Assembly: GCF_963921235.1 (NCBI RefSeq) | Contig: NC_086101.1 | Span: 4,714,001-4,778,000, forward strand | DNA length: 64,000 bases | Reading direction: 5' to 3' | Source: Mobula hypostoma | Taxonomy: Eukaryota | Shown here: piece by piece, positions 25,851-37,915 of the stretch | How the letters are laid out: each line of letters starts with the position of its first letter | Position numbering within the stretch: the first letter of the stretch is position 1 | The notes under the pieces: model-generated | The model's database searches: none | Told to the model about the DNA's origin: nothing | What the model saw: the letters and a program-made list of their open reading frames with translations, nothing else | Made by a program: the position numbers and the translations under genes

Positions 25851-26619
25851 AAGGATCCGGCCTGAACACTGGGTTGAAGGGCCTCTGCTGGCAGCTCTGG
25901 ATCACGACAGTCTTTAATTTCTGTTTTCTTTCACCTGGCCATGTGGGTTCTGGCCCAGCTCCTTTCCTTTTTGGACTTCCTCCAATTACCTGCTTGTCTC
26001 CTCATTTGTGCCCACCTGTTTCTAATTTTCACTCATTACCCTGTCCATTTAAACCCTGCCATGACTAGCATTCTCTGCCAGTTCGACCCAGTTCTGACCT
26101 GTGTCGTTCTAGCCTGTCATTGTGACTTTTGCCAACCGATTTTGCCTGCTCTGGGACCTGATTTTTGCCAGTGCGCTCCGGACTGTCTGCCCCCGCCTGA
26201 CTGCTTTTCCTGGGTAAGACCTCTGCCTGCCATTTCGGATTCGTGCCTGCCTTCTGTTTTTGAAAGACTGTTGCCTTTGTGCTCCCTAATAAATCCTGGT
26301 GAAAAAGTATTCATTGGCCTGCACTTGAGTCCCACCGAAACCCGACACCCCAGCCACCACTGCTTTATCATTGCCTGTCAGTCACCTCATGTACCAACAC
26401 TACTGTGCCCACTGTCACTTTATGGACATATAATCAATCTATGTATTTAAGCCACCTTATGTATTTTTCTTTAGATGGTGTACTTTATCTTACTGTGTTT
26501 TTTTGTGCTGTATCGGATCCGGGATAACATTCTCCCTGACACTTGTGTACTGGAAATGGTGTTGAGCAATCTGGAATGCTGAATCTTCGTCACTGGGAGT
26601 TTGGTGTTTCTTTTGGCAG

Positions 26620-26853
26620 GATGATTTACACAGACTGCAGACCCACATTGCATCTGAGTTCAGTAAAATGCACCAAATCCTCACCGAGAAAGAAGGGCTT
26701 TTAATCAGAGATCTGAGTGCGGATGGTGAGAGGGTTCTAAACACAATGGAGGAAAATCTACGACACATTCAAGATCAATTACGTTCTGTTGAGAACAAGT
26801 TCTCCACCCTGCAGAAACACTTGGAGCAAGACGATAGTCTGATCTTCCTGAAG
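26620..26853 (+). CDS. TRIM-B exon 3 (234 nt, coiled coil)
   Basis: tttcttttggcag|GAT...AAG|gtgagc; DDLHRLQTHIASEFSKMHQILTEKEGLLIRDL...DDSLIFLK. Confidence 0.92.
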
Positions 26854-27599
26854 GTGAGCCTCAAATCGCTGCTCTGGGGCTGCCCACGTAGTCAGATGAC
26901 AACCGTTCATTTCCTTGAACTGAATGCTGCACTTGAAGAAGAAAAGCACATTTGATTTAAAGACCGTGAGACACAGGAGCACGATTAGGGTATCTGGCCC
27001 ATCGAGTCTGCTCTACCATTCTATCACGGCTGATTTATTATCCCTTTCAACCCCACTCTCCTGTCTTGTCCCCGTAACATTTGACGCCCTGACTAACCAA
27101 GAACCTAAAAAGACCATGAAGTTAATCTTTAATATCAGTTATTGCGTTCGATCTCCTGAGAATGTTTACAGTAAGTTTGAAAGTCCACAGCAGGCAATCT
27201 TAATTACTGCTGATAAGAAATTCACCAAACCTCTTGGTGGGGTGGGGATCATTAATAAATCCAATGCCCAATGTCCATACCGATTTCCTTCTGGAATTTG
27301 TCAGTGAGGCCTCCACTTGAACTGCATTCCCGCATTTACCGACTTCCGCTGAGAAAACATCACACTCAGCAAAATGGGTTCTGTCCTGTTCCATTGCCTG
27401 TGTGTAGGTTGGTGTGTGTGTGTGTGAGTGAGAGAGAGAGAGAGAGACAGTGTGCATGAGTGAGTGTGTGTGTGTGTGTGGTCTTTGTGTCTGTCTGTTT
27501 GTGAAAGAGCACAGAGGCAGATAATGGAAGGAGGGAGAGAGGGGTGATAAAGGCTTTCCTGAGAAGAGTGATGTTCTAATACTCTCATATACAACAGAA

Positions 27600-28270
27600 T
27601 TTAAGGCAGGAATGAGATTCTGTAGATGCGGAAAATCTTGAAGAACTCAAAAAGAAAATACTGGAGGAACTCAGCAGGTCAGGCTGCATTGATGTAAATG
27701 AATAAACAATCGGTGTTCGGGCCGAGACCCTTTGTCAGAACGGGGGCAGAAGCCAGAATAAGAAGGTGGGGGGAGGGAAAGAAGGACAAGACGACAGGTG
27801 ATAGGTGAGACCAGACGAGTGGGTGAGGGGCTTTAGGTGGCTGGGAGGTGATGGGGGAAGAGGTAAGGGGGCTGAAGAGTAATAAATCTGGTGGGAGAGG
27901 ACAGTGGGCCATGAAGAAAAGGAAGAAGCACGAGTGGACAGGTGAGGGGATGCACGAGTGGACAGGTGAGGGGAGGCACGAGTGGACAGGTGAGGGGAGG
28001 CACGAGTGGACAGGTGAGGAGAGGCACCAGTAGACAGGTGAGGAGAGCACCAGTGGACAGGTGAGGCGAAGGGAAGGGAGTTCGAGGGAATCGGAATGGG
28101 AAATGGAAAAAGGCAGAAGGGGAGGGTGAAAAGGTTGGAGAATTGGATATTCAGGCCATCAAGTTGGAGGCAGAATGTCATGTTGCTCTCCCAGCTTGAG
28201 TTTGGCCACAGCGTGGACCAACATATCATGATGAAAATGTGAAGTTGAATTGAAGTGGGTGACCACCAGG
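27600..28270 (-). mobile_element. Penelope-like element 3' fragment with an internal 24-bp tandem repeat
   Basis: Minus-strand LQLDGLNIQFSNL resembles the GIY-YIG end at 63260-63310; degenerate hammerhead ~27710-27740; GCACGAGTGGACAGGTGAGGGGAG x~5. Confidence 0.65.
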
Positions 28271-28614
28271 GGAATTTAAAGTTTCCGCAGTACGTGATGA
28301 GAAAAGTAGGGACGACTGTGGTCTGCCTGATGGGACGAGACAGTACAACAGTTTGGTATGGTTCTGGGCTGTAGTGCTCTATGACTCCATCACAATGGAG
28401 TCAATTCCACACCGCTGCTCCCTCGCCACTCGCTCACCCTGGAAGTGATGCGACTTCAACCAGGGACCCAGCTTGACCTGGTTACAATTGAATCAGTATC
28501 CAGCCTCTCCTGTCGGCACAACTCTTAACAGTAAACTTCATTTTCCCATCATTGAGTCAAAACCATCAAATTTGTGTCCCCTGATTCACATACTTGCAAC
28601 TGATTTAGACCTTT

Positions 28615-29110
28615 ACACAAAGCGGCAGAATCAGGCCATTTAGCCCATCTAGACTGCTCCACCATTCTATCATGGCTGATTTATTATCCCTCTCAACCCC
28701 ATTCTCCTGCCTTCTCTCCGTAACCTTTGATGCCCTGACTAATCAACCTCCGCTTTCAATATACCCAGTGATGACCTCCGCAGCCGTCTGTGGTAATATC
28801 AGGAAATAGAAGACTTTACTGGGGCAATGGTATGAATATCAGGAAATCACAGATTCACCAGCTTCTGGCTAAATAAATTCCTCCTCATTTCTGCTCTAAA
28901 TGGACATCCCTCTATTCTGATGCTATGCTCTCTGGTCCTAGACTCCCCTATCATTGGAAACATCCTCTCCACAATCACTTTATCTAGGGCTTTCAATATT
29001 TGTTAGGTTTCAATGAGATCTAATCTAATCTAACCCCCCGCCTTCATTTTTCTAAACTCCAGCGAGTACAGGACCAGAGCCACCAAACGCTCCTCATATG
29101 TTAATTTTTT
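28615..29110 (-). mobile_element. CR1 LINE 3' fragment
   Basis: Reverse complement of the CR1 3' end (ctctggtcctagactcccc; ttctaaactccagcgagtaca). Confidence 0.75.
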
Positions 29111-29559
29111 CATTCTTGGGCCCTTGATGAAGAGTCTAGCCTGAAATGTTGACTCTTTAATCCTCTCTATAGATGCTGCCTGACTTGCTGAGTTCCTCCA
29201 GCATTTTGTGTGTGTATTTTGCTCTGGATTTCCAGCATCTGCAGAATCCCTTGTGTTTATAGTTTTTTTTATACCCTGGTATTTAATTTCATCAGGCATT
29301 TCCCCACAGTGTCCTCTTGAAGGCTGCAAACATCCTCCACACTCTCCAGAAGTGCAGAGGGATGTTAATGGTGCCCTCTGACCCTTGACCCTCATCTCTG
29401 ACACCACAGTATCAGCAACAGTCCAAGCCCTTCTCCCACCATGTGCCGCCACCAGTCAGATGTCACACAGGAAGCTTCTAATGTTTCAGGAAAATTCTCC
29501 AGTACAGAGGCTCAGCTGATGGCAAATCATGTGTTTTATTTTTATAGTAGTGTAGACTC

Positions 29560-30110
29560 TAGCACAGTGCTACTGCAGTGGCGGCAATCGGCATTCATTC
29601 CCGCCTGTGTCTGTAAGGAGTCTGCACGTTCTCCATGTGACCGAGTGGATCTCCTCCGGTTGCTCCGGTTTCCTCCCACATTCCAATGGCACATGCTGTA
29701 CTGGTGCCAGAGTCGTGGCGACACTTGTGGCCTGTCCCCAGCAAATCCTCGAATTGTGTTGTTCATCAAAGCAAATGACACTCTTCACTGAAAATCCTGG
29801 TGTTTACATCCACATGTTTACAAATCCTGATGTTTACATCGACGTGTTTACAAATCCTGATGTTTACATCGACGTGTTTACAAATCCTGATGTTTACATG
29901 TACGTGTTTACAAATCCTGATGTTTATATGTACATGTTTATAAATCCTGATGTTCATATGTACATTTACAAATCCTGATGTTTACATGTACGTGTTTACA
30001 AATCCTGATGTTTATATGTACGTGTTTATAAATCCAGATGTTCATATGTACGTTTACAAATCCTGATGTTTACATGTACGTGTGACAAATAAAACTAATC
30101 CTCTTTAATC
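29560..30110 (+). mobile_element. V-SINE-like element whose tail is expanded into a 30-bp minisatellite (~29790-30085)
   Basis: V-domain tgctccggtttcctcccacattccaa; unit CAAATCCTGATGTTTACATGTACGTGTTTA; ends gtgacaaataaaactaatc like tails at ~62095 and ~62170. Confidence 0.75.
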
Positions 30111-30120
30111 TTAATTGCAG

Positions 30121-30143
30121 GAGGAAGTTAGTTGGAAGAACAG
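30121..30143 (+). CDS. TRIM-B exon 4 (23 nt)
   Basis: ttaattgcag|GAGGAAGTTAGTTGGAAGAACAG|gtagga; EEVSWKN+R; phase 0 to 2 links exons 3 and 5 in frame. Confidence 0.85.
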
Positions 30144-30236
30144 GTAGGACACGCTCTGTGTTTAGAAAATGTTTGGAAACGGTCCGCGGTAAGCACCTCA
30201 ACTCGATGTTTTACCTCAGCTATTGGATATTTACAG

Positions 30237-30352
30237 ATGCCGTGATGCTGATCACTCGGTGTCTGTTGTTCAGAGCGGACTGTCTCTAGAAAAGTTCTGC
30301 GGCCCTCTGCAGTATATCGTGTGGAGAGAAATGATTGACGCCATTAACCCCG
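30237..30352 (+). CDS. TRIM-B exon 5 (116 nt)
   Basis: tatttacag|A...CCCG|gtaaga; CRDADHSVSVVQSGLSLEKFCGPLQYIVWREMIDAINP; GPxQYxVW motif of TRIM69/xnf7-like proteins. Confidence 0.9.
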
Positions 30353-30655
30353 GTAAGAATTGTCTGTTCCAGTTGTTGAAATTGACCCTGGTAACCCCAG
30401 TGAAGTCTTCTATTTCCTGATATTCACATCATTACCCCGGTAAAAGAGTTAAATTTCCTGAGATTGACACAATTAACCCAGTAAAATAATTTATTCTATT
30501 TCCTGATGTTCACACCATTACCCCAGTAAAAGAGTTAAATTTCCTGAGATTGACACAATTAACCCGGTAAAATAATTTATTCTATTTCCTGATAGTCACA
30601 CCATTACCCCAGTAAAAAGGTTGTCTTTCCCGAGATTGACACAATTAACCCGGTA
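30335..30655. repeat. ~43/86-bp degenerate tandem repeat seeded by the exon 5 donor region
   Basis: GATTGACACAATTAACCC(A/G)GTA at ~30462, ~30548 and ~30634 resembles the exon end GATTGACGCCATTAACCCCG|GTAA. Confidence 0.8.
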
Positions 30656-30709
30656 TCTCTAAATAGATAGATAGGTGGATAGATAGGCAGACAGATAACT
30701 AGATAGATA

Positions 30710-31256
30710 CAGTACTGTGCAAAACTGTCAGGCATCTATAAAAATACATATATGCAGTAGCTCTGGTGCCCAAGACTTTTACACAGTAATGTATCTGTCT
30801 ACGTGAGTTTGTAGATCTGGCGGGAGCAAAAGATGTTGGGAATGGCGAGGGTGGAGCGCTGCAGGAGGGGTGTGGGACAGGTGGCAGAGAAGGAGTGCCA
30901 GGGTTTGGAGGTGGTGTGGGTGCAGACACACCCAGCCCTGAGACACTGGGCAAGGTCATCTGATGCCAAACAATTGGTTTATTGATCATCACAGAATGTC
31001 TTTCTGGTACTTCCCGCTCCCTCCCCTCTCCCTTCCCCTTTTCCCAACCACGATTCCCCTCTCCCTGATCCCTTCCCACTTTCAGTCCACCATAGAGACC
31101 CAGATCAGAATCAGGTTTATCATCACTCACACATGTCATGAAATTTGCTTTTTTTGTGGCAGCAGAACAGTGCAATACATAAAATTACCACAGTACTGTG
31201 CAAATGTCTTTGGCACCCTGGCGATATATATCTGCCTAAACCTTTGCACGGTACTG
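30710..31256. mobile_element. Non-autonomous Tc1/mariner-like element (composite MITE)
   Basis: TA|CAGTACTGTGCAAA...TTTGCACGGTACTG|TA, inserted in a GATA microsatellite; internal TIR copies at ~30767-30791 and from 31191. Confidence 0.8.
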
Positions 31257-31341
31257 TAGATGGATAGATGGGCAGATAGATAGACAGACAGATGGACAGA
31301 TAGACAGATAGATAGATAGACAGACATACTGTATACATACA

Positions 31342-31760
31342 TCTATTGATGCTTCTGGACACATTTTCAGAGATGTTCCTGGAATCATCGGGTGTTTCGG
31401 GTCTTTCAACATCATACAACCTCAGACCCCAGCTTGTGTCCAGATGGCTAGCTGCTTATGACTCCATGGCTCCCCTCTTTTGAGCCACAGCCATCTTGAG
31501 GCCCTCTCTGCCACATTGGTGGTACTGCGGATGGCTCTCCTCTTCCTCTCTCCCTCGATGCCCAAAATGCTGAAGGCTCCAACTAGAGAACGGGCTGCAA
31601 ATCCCCTACAACCAACCTCCACTGGGAGACACCTCGCTCTCCATCCAGCCTGCTGACAGTTGCTGACCAGTCCTGTGTACTTGGAGAGCTTCCTTTCAAC
31701 GGCCTCTTCCAAGCTATCTTCCCATGGGACTGTCAGCTCCAGCAGCACCACTTGCTTAGT
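31342..31760 (-). mobile_element. Hero-clade (restriction-like endonuclease) non-LTR retrotransposon 3' fragment
   Basis: VLLELTVPWEDSLEEAVERKLSKY...PVEVGCRGF...AERASRWLWLKR, a recalled Hero REL C-terminal motif. Confidence 0.8.
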
Positions 31761-31889
31761 GATTTAAATACTCATTAAAGTATCAGACTCACATCCTTTT
31801 GCATTAACTGCGATAAACTGCTGGCCCACGTTTGAGTAAATTGCAGATGAATGCTCGGTCCCTGACTGTTCAATGTTCCTCTCCCCCAG

Positions 31890-32443
31890 CTCCAGCCTCT
31901 CTGACTGTCGATCCGAACACAGCGAACCCCTGGCTCATTGTGTCTGAGAACCGGACCAGTTTAAGGCTTGGAGCGAAAAGGCAGCGGGTCCCAGACAACC
32001 CGGAGCGGTTCGATCCCTGTCCGTGTGCGCTGGGATCGGAGGGATTCAGGTCAGGGAGGCACTACTGGGAGGTGGAAGTGGGAGGGAAGACTGAGTGGGA
32101 GATTGGGGTGGCCCGAGAGACCGTGGAGAGAAAAGGGGAGTTCACTCTGAGCCCCGAGAATGGACACTGGACCGTAGGGCTGGAACCCGAAGGAGACTTG
32201 GTTGCCTTTACCTCGCCCTCTGAGACATCCCTCTCCCGGAGAGAGAAACTCCGGAAAATCGGTGTGTTCCTGGACTACGAGGGTGGCCAGATATCGTTTT
32301 ACAACGCGGACGACATGTCCCATCTCTACACCTTCTCCCAAACGTTCACTGGGAGACTCTTCCCCATCTTCAATCCGGGACTGAATGACGATGGGAAAAA
32401 CTCGTCCCCGCTGACAGTCTGCGGGGGTTTGGGCCACCAGTGA
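31890..32443 (+). CDS. TRIM-B exon 6: PRY-SPRY (B30.2) domain; spliced CDS 1434 nt = 477 aa
   Basis: ttcctctcccccag|CT; PASLTVDPNTANPWLIVSEN...ERFDPCPCALGSEGFRSGRHYWEVEVG...IGVFLDYEGGQISFYNA...LFPIFNPG; TGA at 32441-32443. Confidence 0.96.
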
Positions 32444-32643
32444 GTCCGTCCTGTACTTACACTCTGCCCTCTTACTGCCGCTGGGCAGAAGCGGGCCACA
32501 CTAGAATCAGCGCCCAGCACGCCGCCCTATAGCGTAAGCCGGTGGGAGCTGCAAATAATACTTAGTTTATTCATAGAACACTCTTCATACAGGTGATGTA
32601 GCTACTTACAATGGGATATAAAGTACACATAAGAAAATAAAGT

Positions 32644-35600
32644 ATGAGCCTGCTAAATTCAAAGAGGTTATGTCAGAACTGTTTAACAAAGGTTTAAAGC
32701 CGTCTCTTCATTATCCTGCTCGTCTTAGAATCACTCTACAAGATGGTTCTAAAGAATGGTTTCGCTCGAATGAAGAAGCCCAGGATTTCTTAAAAACAAT
32801 GGATTGACTGTTTAGTATCTTGCTATATGAATAATTACTTCTCTTACTTTTGGTGAACCTTCGCAGCTAAACTTCCTTGTGATTTAAATGCATTAATTAG
32901 AGAATAAGATTTTAATGAGTTAATAGTGTGATTATATGTTATGAATTTTGATGTTTTTTATTATTTTATACACTTTTCTCGAGGTTTTTTTTAAATCAAT
33001 ATAACTTAGTTTGGGTATTTTTGTTCTATTGTTTTGAAACTGCAATAAGTAATCTATTTGTGTTCTTGTTATGAGGGTTAAGTTGTTTTTTGGCCATATA
33101 TTTAGTCTAGCTTGGAATACAGTTGACCTTGGAATTAATTAGGAGTCAAATTCAGCAGGTTGTTTTGGGAGGGTGATGTCATTATGTGTAGCTGCCACCC
33201 TTCTTTTGGCTGGCCTTCTGACTTTGGGAGGGGGGAGGGGGGTGTCTCTTTCCAGGAGCTGTCTTGAGATGTTAGTCGAATCTGTTGCTTGGTTACCCTA
33301 TTTCAAGGCTTATTGTTTGGTTTTAATGTTCATTTTACTCGTCTTTTCAGTAGATAGAAAGGACTACATTTTCACTCTTTTTCCAGGCTAAGTCTAGGGG
33401 AGTTTGGATTTTTATGGATAATACAGTTCCCTTTGTAGGGGATTTGCAGCCCGTTCTTTAGTTAGAAAGTAGTGACTGATACTAATGGGAGTTTTGTCAT
33501 GGTGTCAGGAAAATTAGATAATAAATTAATGGCATTTCCCAATCTGTATGCTCCGAATACAGATGATCTAGGATTTTTTGAGCATTTTTTATTTTGTTTC
33601 TCCCAGATTTGAGCCTTTACTTATTGGTGATGTGGGAGATTTTAATTGCTGGTTAGATCCATTTTGAGATAGGTCATCCCTTAAAACAGCGACAACTAAT
33701 AAATCAGCTTTGTTTATTCAATCTTTTTTAATGAAATGCGCTATTGATGTATGGAGTTTCTTACGTTCTCTAGATAGGGAGTATTCATTTTTTTCTCATG
33801 TCCATCACACATATTCCAGGATTGATTACTTTTTTATTGATAGTCAAATGATTCCTTTAGTTCAATCCTGTGAATATAAAGAAATTGCTGTTTCGGATCA
33901 TGCTCTGGTGCTTTTATCTTTAAATCTCCCCGGTCTTTCTCAAATAAACAGATCTTGGCATTTTAATTTAACTTTGTTATCTGATAAAGATTTCTTAAAA
34001 TTTCTGGAGAGACAAATTATTCTTTTTTTGAATAGAATACTTTGGAAGAGACTTCTAGTCTTATTATATGGGATGCCTTTAAGGCTTTTATTAGAGGTCA
34101 AATTATTTCCTATACTGCAAGTGTCAAGAAAAAAGCTAATAAAGAGAGAATTGAGTTAGCTAATCAGTTGAAACAATGAGACCAAAAATATGCCTTGGCT
34201 CCATATCTTGCTTTATATAAAAGGCATGTTCCTCTTTTTATCCAATTGAAACTCAACTTTTAAAAGATAGAAGTCAATTTTATATCCACGGAGGCAAAAC
34301 AGGTAAATTATGGGCTAACAACAGGAATTCTGCAGATGCTGGAAATTCAAACAACACACATCAAACAACACACCTCATCTAGGAAGAGGTGCAGTCGGCG
34401 TTTCAGGCCGAGACCCTTCGTCAGGACTAACTGAAGGAAGAGTGAGTAAGGGATTTGAAAATTGGAGGGGGAGGGGGAGATCCAAAAAAAATTATTGGCT
34501 AACTAATTAAAAACCTTTATAGCTAAATGGCAAATTAAAGAAATTTGTAAAGTCAATGGTGATAGGACAACTGACCATTTAGTAATAAACAATATTTTTA
34601 AAGAATTTTATTCTAATCTTTATAGTTCTGACCCTCCCAAAGATACTGTAATGAATAATTTTTAGATCAATTAAACATTCCTGCACATTCTGTTGATAAC
34701 CAAAAACAGTTGGATCAACCTATTTTGTATGAGGAAATTGCCGAGGCTGTACGTTCCTTGCACTCGGGGAAAGCTCCGGGTCTTGATGGATTTTCTGCGG
34801 AATTTTATAAGGCTTTTTCCTTACTGCTTATACCTCATTTATGTGCAGTTTTTTCAGACTCCTTTAAGTTGGGTAGGTTGCCACAATTTTTTTATGAAGC
34901 TTCTATTTCACTTATTCTTAAAAAGAATAAGAACCCAACCAAATGCTCTTCATACAGACCAATCTCTTTACTTAATGTTGATACTAAAATCCTATCTAAA
35001 GTTCTGGCCCGTAGAATTGGAAATATTTTACCATCTATCATTTCTGATGATCAGACAGGATTTATTAAAAATCGATATTCCCACTTTAATATTCATCATT
35101 TATTAAACATTGTTTATTCCCCTTCACATATTGGAATGTGTGATTTCTTTGGATGCTGAGAAGGCTGTTGATCGAGTTGAATGGAATTATTTATATAAAA
35201 CTTTAGAAAAATTTAATTTTGGGCCCGATTTTATTCAATGGATTAAATTACTTTATCTATCTCCTTCTGCTAGGGTCCTTACTAATTTTCAGTATTCCAA
35301 TCCTTTTAAACTTCAACGTGGAACTGGACAAGGTTGTCCCCTGAGCCCTTTGCTCTTTGATTTGGCTTTAGAACCCTTAGCCGTTGCTTTTCGAGAATCT
35401 AATGATATTACTGGTGTTCTAAGGAGAGGGACAGTTCATAAAGTTTCGCTTTGTGCTGATGACCTATTGCTTTTTATTTCTAACGTCGAGACTTCACTAC
35501 GTCCTGCGCTTTCTCTACGTTCTTGTGTTAGCCAGTTTTCAGGATACAAACTGAACTTACATGAGAGTGAACTTTTTCCTCTGAATAATTTGTTATTAAT

Positions 35601-37426
35601 ACTAACCTTCCTTTTAAAATTGTAAGAAATCAATTTAAGTATTTGGGTGTAACAATCACCAAGAATTATAAATACCTATTTAATGAAAATGTTCTTACCT
35701 TACTGAATTTTGTAAAGAGAACACTATCAAACTGGTCGCCTTTTTCATTATCCTTGATTGGCTGAATTAACTCCATTAAAATGAATATTTTACCTAAATT
35801 TATATACCTTTTTCAGGCATTACCTGTTTTCATTCCTAAATTTTCTTGACTCTCTCAATTCTATTATATCTTATATATGGAAAAACAAACATTCTTGACT
35901 AAATAAAGTTTATCTTCAAAAATTTAAGAAGAATGGAGGTTTAGTTTTTCCAAATTTTAGGTTTTATTATTGGGCAGTAAATATACAAAATCTTACGTTT
36001 TGGGCATACTATATTAACCATGAGGACTGTCGGTTATGGGTTTTTTTAGAAGGTAACCCTGTTAATAAATTTTCTATTATTTCTCTTCTCGGATCCTCAC
36101 TCACTTTATCCTTTAGTAAACTAACTGAAAATTTGGTAGTTAAGCATACTTTGAGGATCTGGGTACAATTTAGGAAATTCTTTGGCCTATTGAGATTTTC
36201 TTTGTCTGGTCCCATTTGTTCTAACTATTTTTTTAAACCTTTGATGACTGATTCAGTTTTTAAAGAATGGGATAGATTGGGTATTAAATACTTCCAGGAT
36301 TTGTTTGTTGCAGGAAGTCTTCTTTCGTTTGAGCAAATGTCAGCTAAATATAGTTTACCCAAAACTCACTTTTTTCATTTATTTACAAATTCGAGACTTT
36401 GTGTTCTCAACTATATACATTTCCTATAAGTTCCAATAAGGACTTATTAGATGTAATTTTTAATTTGAAACCTTTTTATAATGGTTCAATATCCAATATT
36501 TATGGTATGTTGCTAGGAATGAGAAATGTTCCTATAGACAAAATTAAAAATCTTTGGGAACAAGATTTACAGACTTCAGTCTCTGAGGAAACTTGGAATG
36601 AAATTTTTAAATTGGTTAACACTTCATCGTTATGTGCCCTTCATTCCCTCTGACAATTTAAAGTGGTTCGTGGGGCTCACATGTCTAAAGATAAACTATC
36701 TCGTTTTTATTCGGATATATCTCCTTTCTGTGATAGATGTAATAATGGAGAAGCTTCATTAATTCACATGTTTTGGACATGTCTGATCCTTGAAAGATAC
36801 TGGGAGGAAGTATTCCAAACTTTCTCGGTACTTTTCAAGGTAAATTTTAAGCCTAACCCTTTGAGCGCATTATTTGGTATTGTTGGAGGAAAAGACTTTA
36901 TCTTAGAGACACCTGATTTGCATATTTTGGCTTTCGTCTCTCTTGTAAGCTAGGAGGGCGCTCTTGCTTAAATGGAAGGATGGCGTTCCGTCTACTCATG
37001 CTCAATGTTTACGAGATGTTATGTCATGTTTAAATCTAGAGAAGATCCCTTGTTCAGTTTTTGAATCTAGCCAAGACTTTTATACATTGTGGGGACCATT
37101 TTTGAGTTATTTTCAAAACCTCTGATTTGTTGTAAAAGTACAGATGGTGGCTAATAATATATTTTATTATATGATAAGGGTTTCTCCCCCCTTTTATCTT
37201 GCTTTCCCTAACAGCTCTGACTTTGAAGGTGGGTTTTGATTTTTTTTTTCTGTATAACAAAATTATTATATTTCAATAGTACCATTTAATTTTTATGAAT
37301 ACAGGGTTTTGTGATTGTAACTGTTTTTAATACAATGGATTTGGTACTATTTTATTTTTTCTTTTGACTTGTATATCTTTTTGTACTCTGTACTCTTCTA
37401 CGCAGAAACTAATAAAATTTTGAAAG
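32644..37426 (+). mobile_element. 5'-truncated, frameshifted L1 element (end of ORF1, ORF2 EN-RT-CCHC, 3' UTR) with a 12-bp TSD
   Basis: ORF1 end KPSLHYPARLRITL; EN SRIDYF...SDH; RT GKAPGLDGFSAEFYK, YRPISLLNVDTKILSK, QGCPLSPLLF, ADDLL; CDRC...HMFWTC; AGAAAATAAAGT at 32632-32643 and 37427-37438. Confidence 0.92.
34320..34488 (-). mobile_element. Short Penelope-like 3' fragment inserted in the L1, carrying a hammerhead motif
   Basis: Homologous to the reverse complement of 63560-63750; flanked by AAATTATGGGCTAAC and AAATTATTGGCTAAC. Confidence 0.75.
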
Positions 37427-37438
37427 AGAAAATAAAGT

Positions 37439-37915
37439 TTAAAAAAAAGAAAATGAAAGAAAAAGGTGTTAGTTAAAAGCAACAATAAATAAATAGGTTT
37501 TGATCTGGTGTTTAAAACTGTACTGAGTCTGCATCCCTTCGGGTTTTAGGTGTTGAATTCCACAGATCGGGAGCGTAGTTCAATTCGCTTTTAGGGAGAT
37601 CGCTTAAGAGACCAGTGGAAGAAGCAGTATTATACTCTAGCAGTATTATAAGCAGTATTAACTTATACTCAATCAGTATTATAAAACAAAATCACTTCTG
37701 TGATGCACTTTAAATCCAAGTAAGAGAACTTTAAAATCAATTCTAAAATATCCAGGAAACCATCTAGTATGGGAGTGATATGTTCCCTCATCCTAGTTTT
37801 GATTAAAGGTCTAGCAGTGACATTCTGAATGAGATGAAGTTTGTCAATTGATTGCTTTGGAAGGCCAGTGAACGGTGCATTGCAGTAATCTGGTCTATTC
37901 CACGTAAAGGTGTGA
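37439..37915 (-). mobile_element. L2 LINE 3' fragment (its tail probably continues at ~32560-32643, split by the L1)
   Basis: Minus-strand RPDYCNAPFTGLPKQSIDKLHLIQNVTAR and FRIDFKVLLL match L2 ORF2 motifs. Confidence 0.75.
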
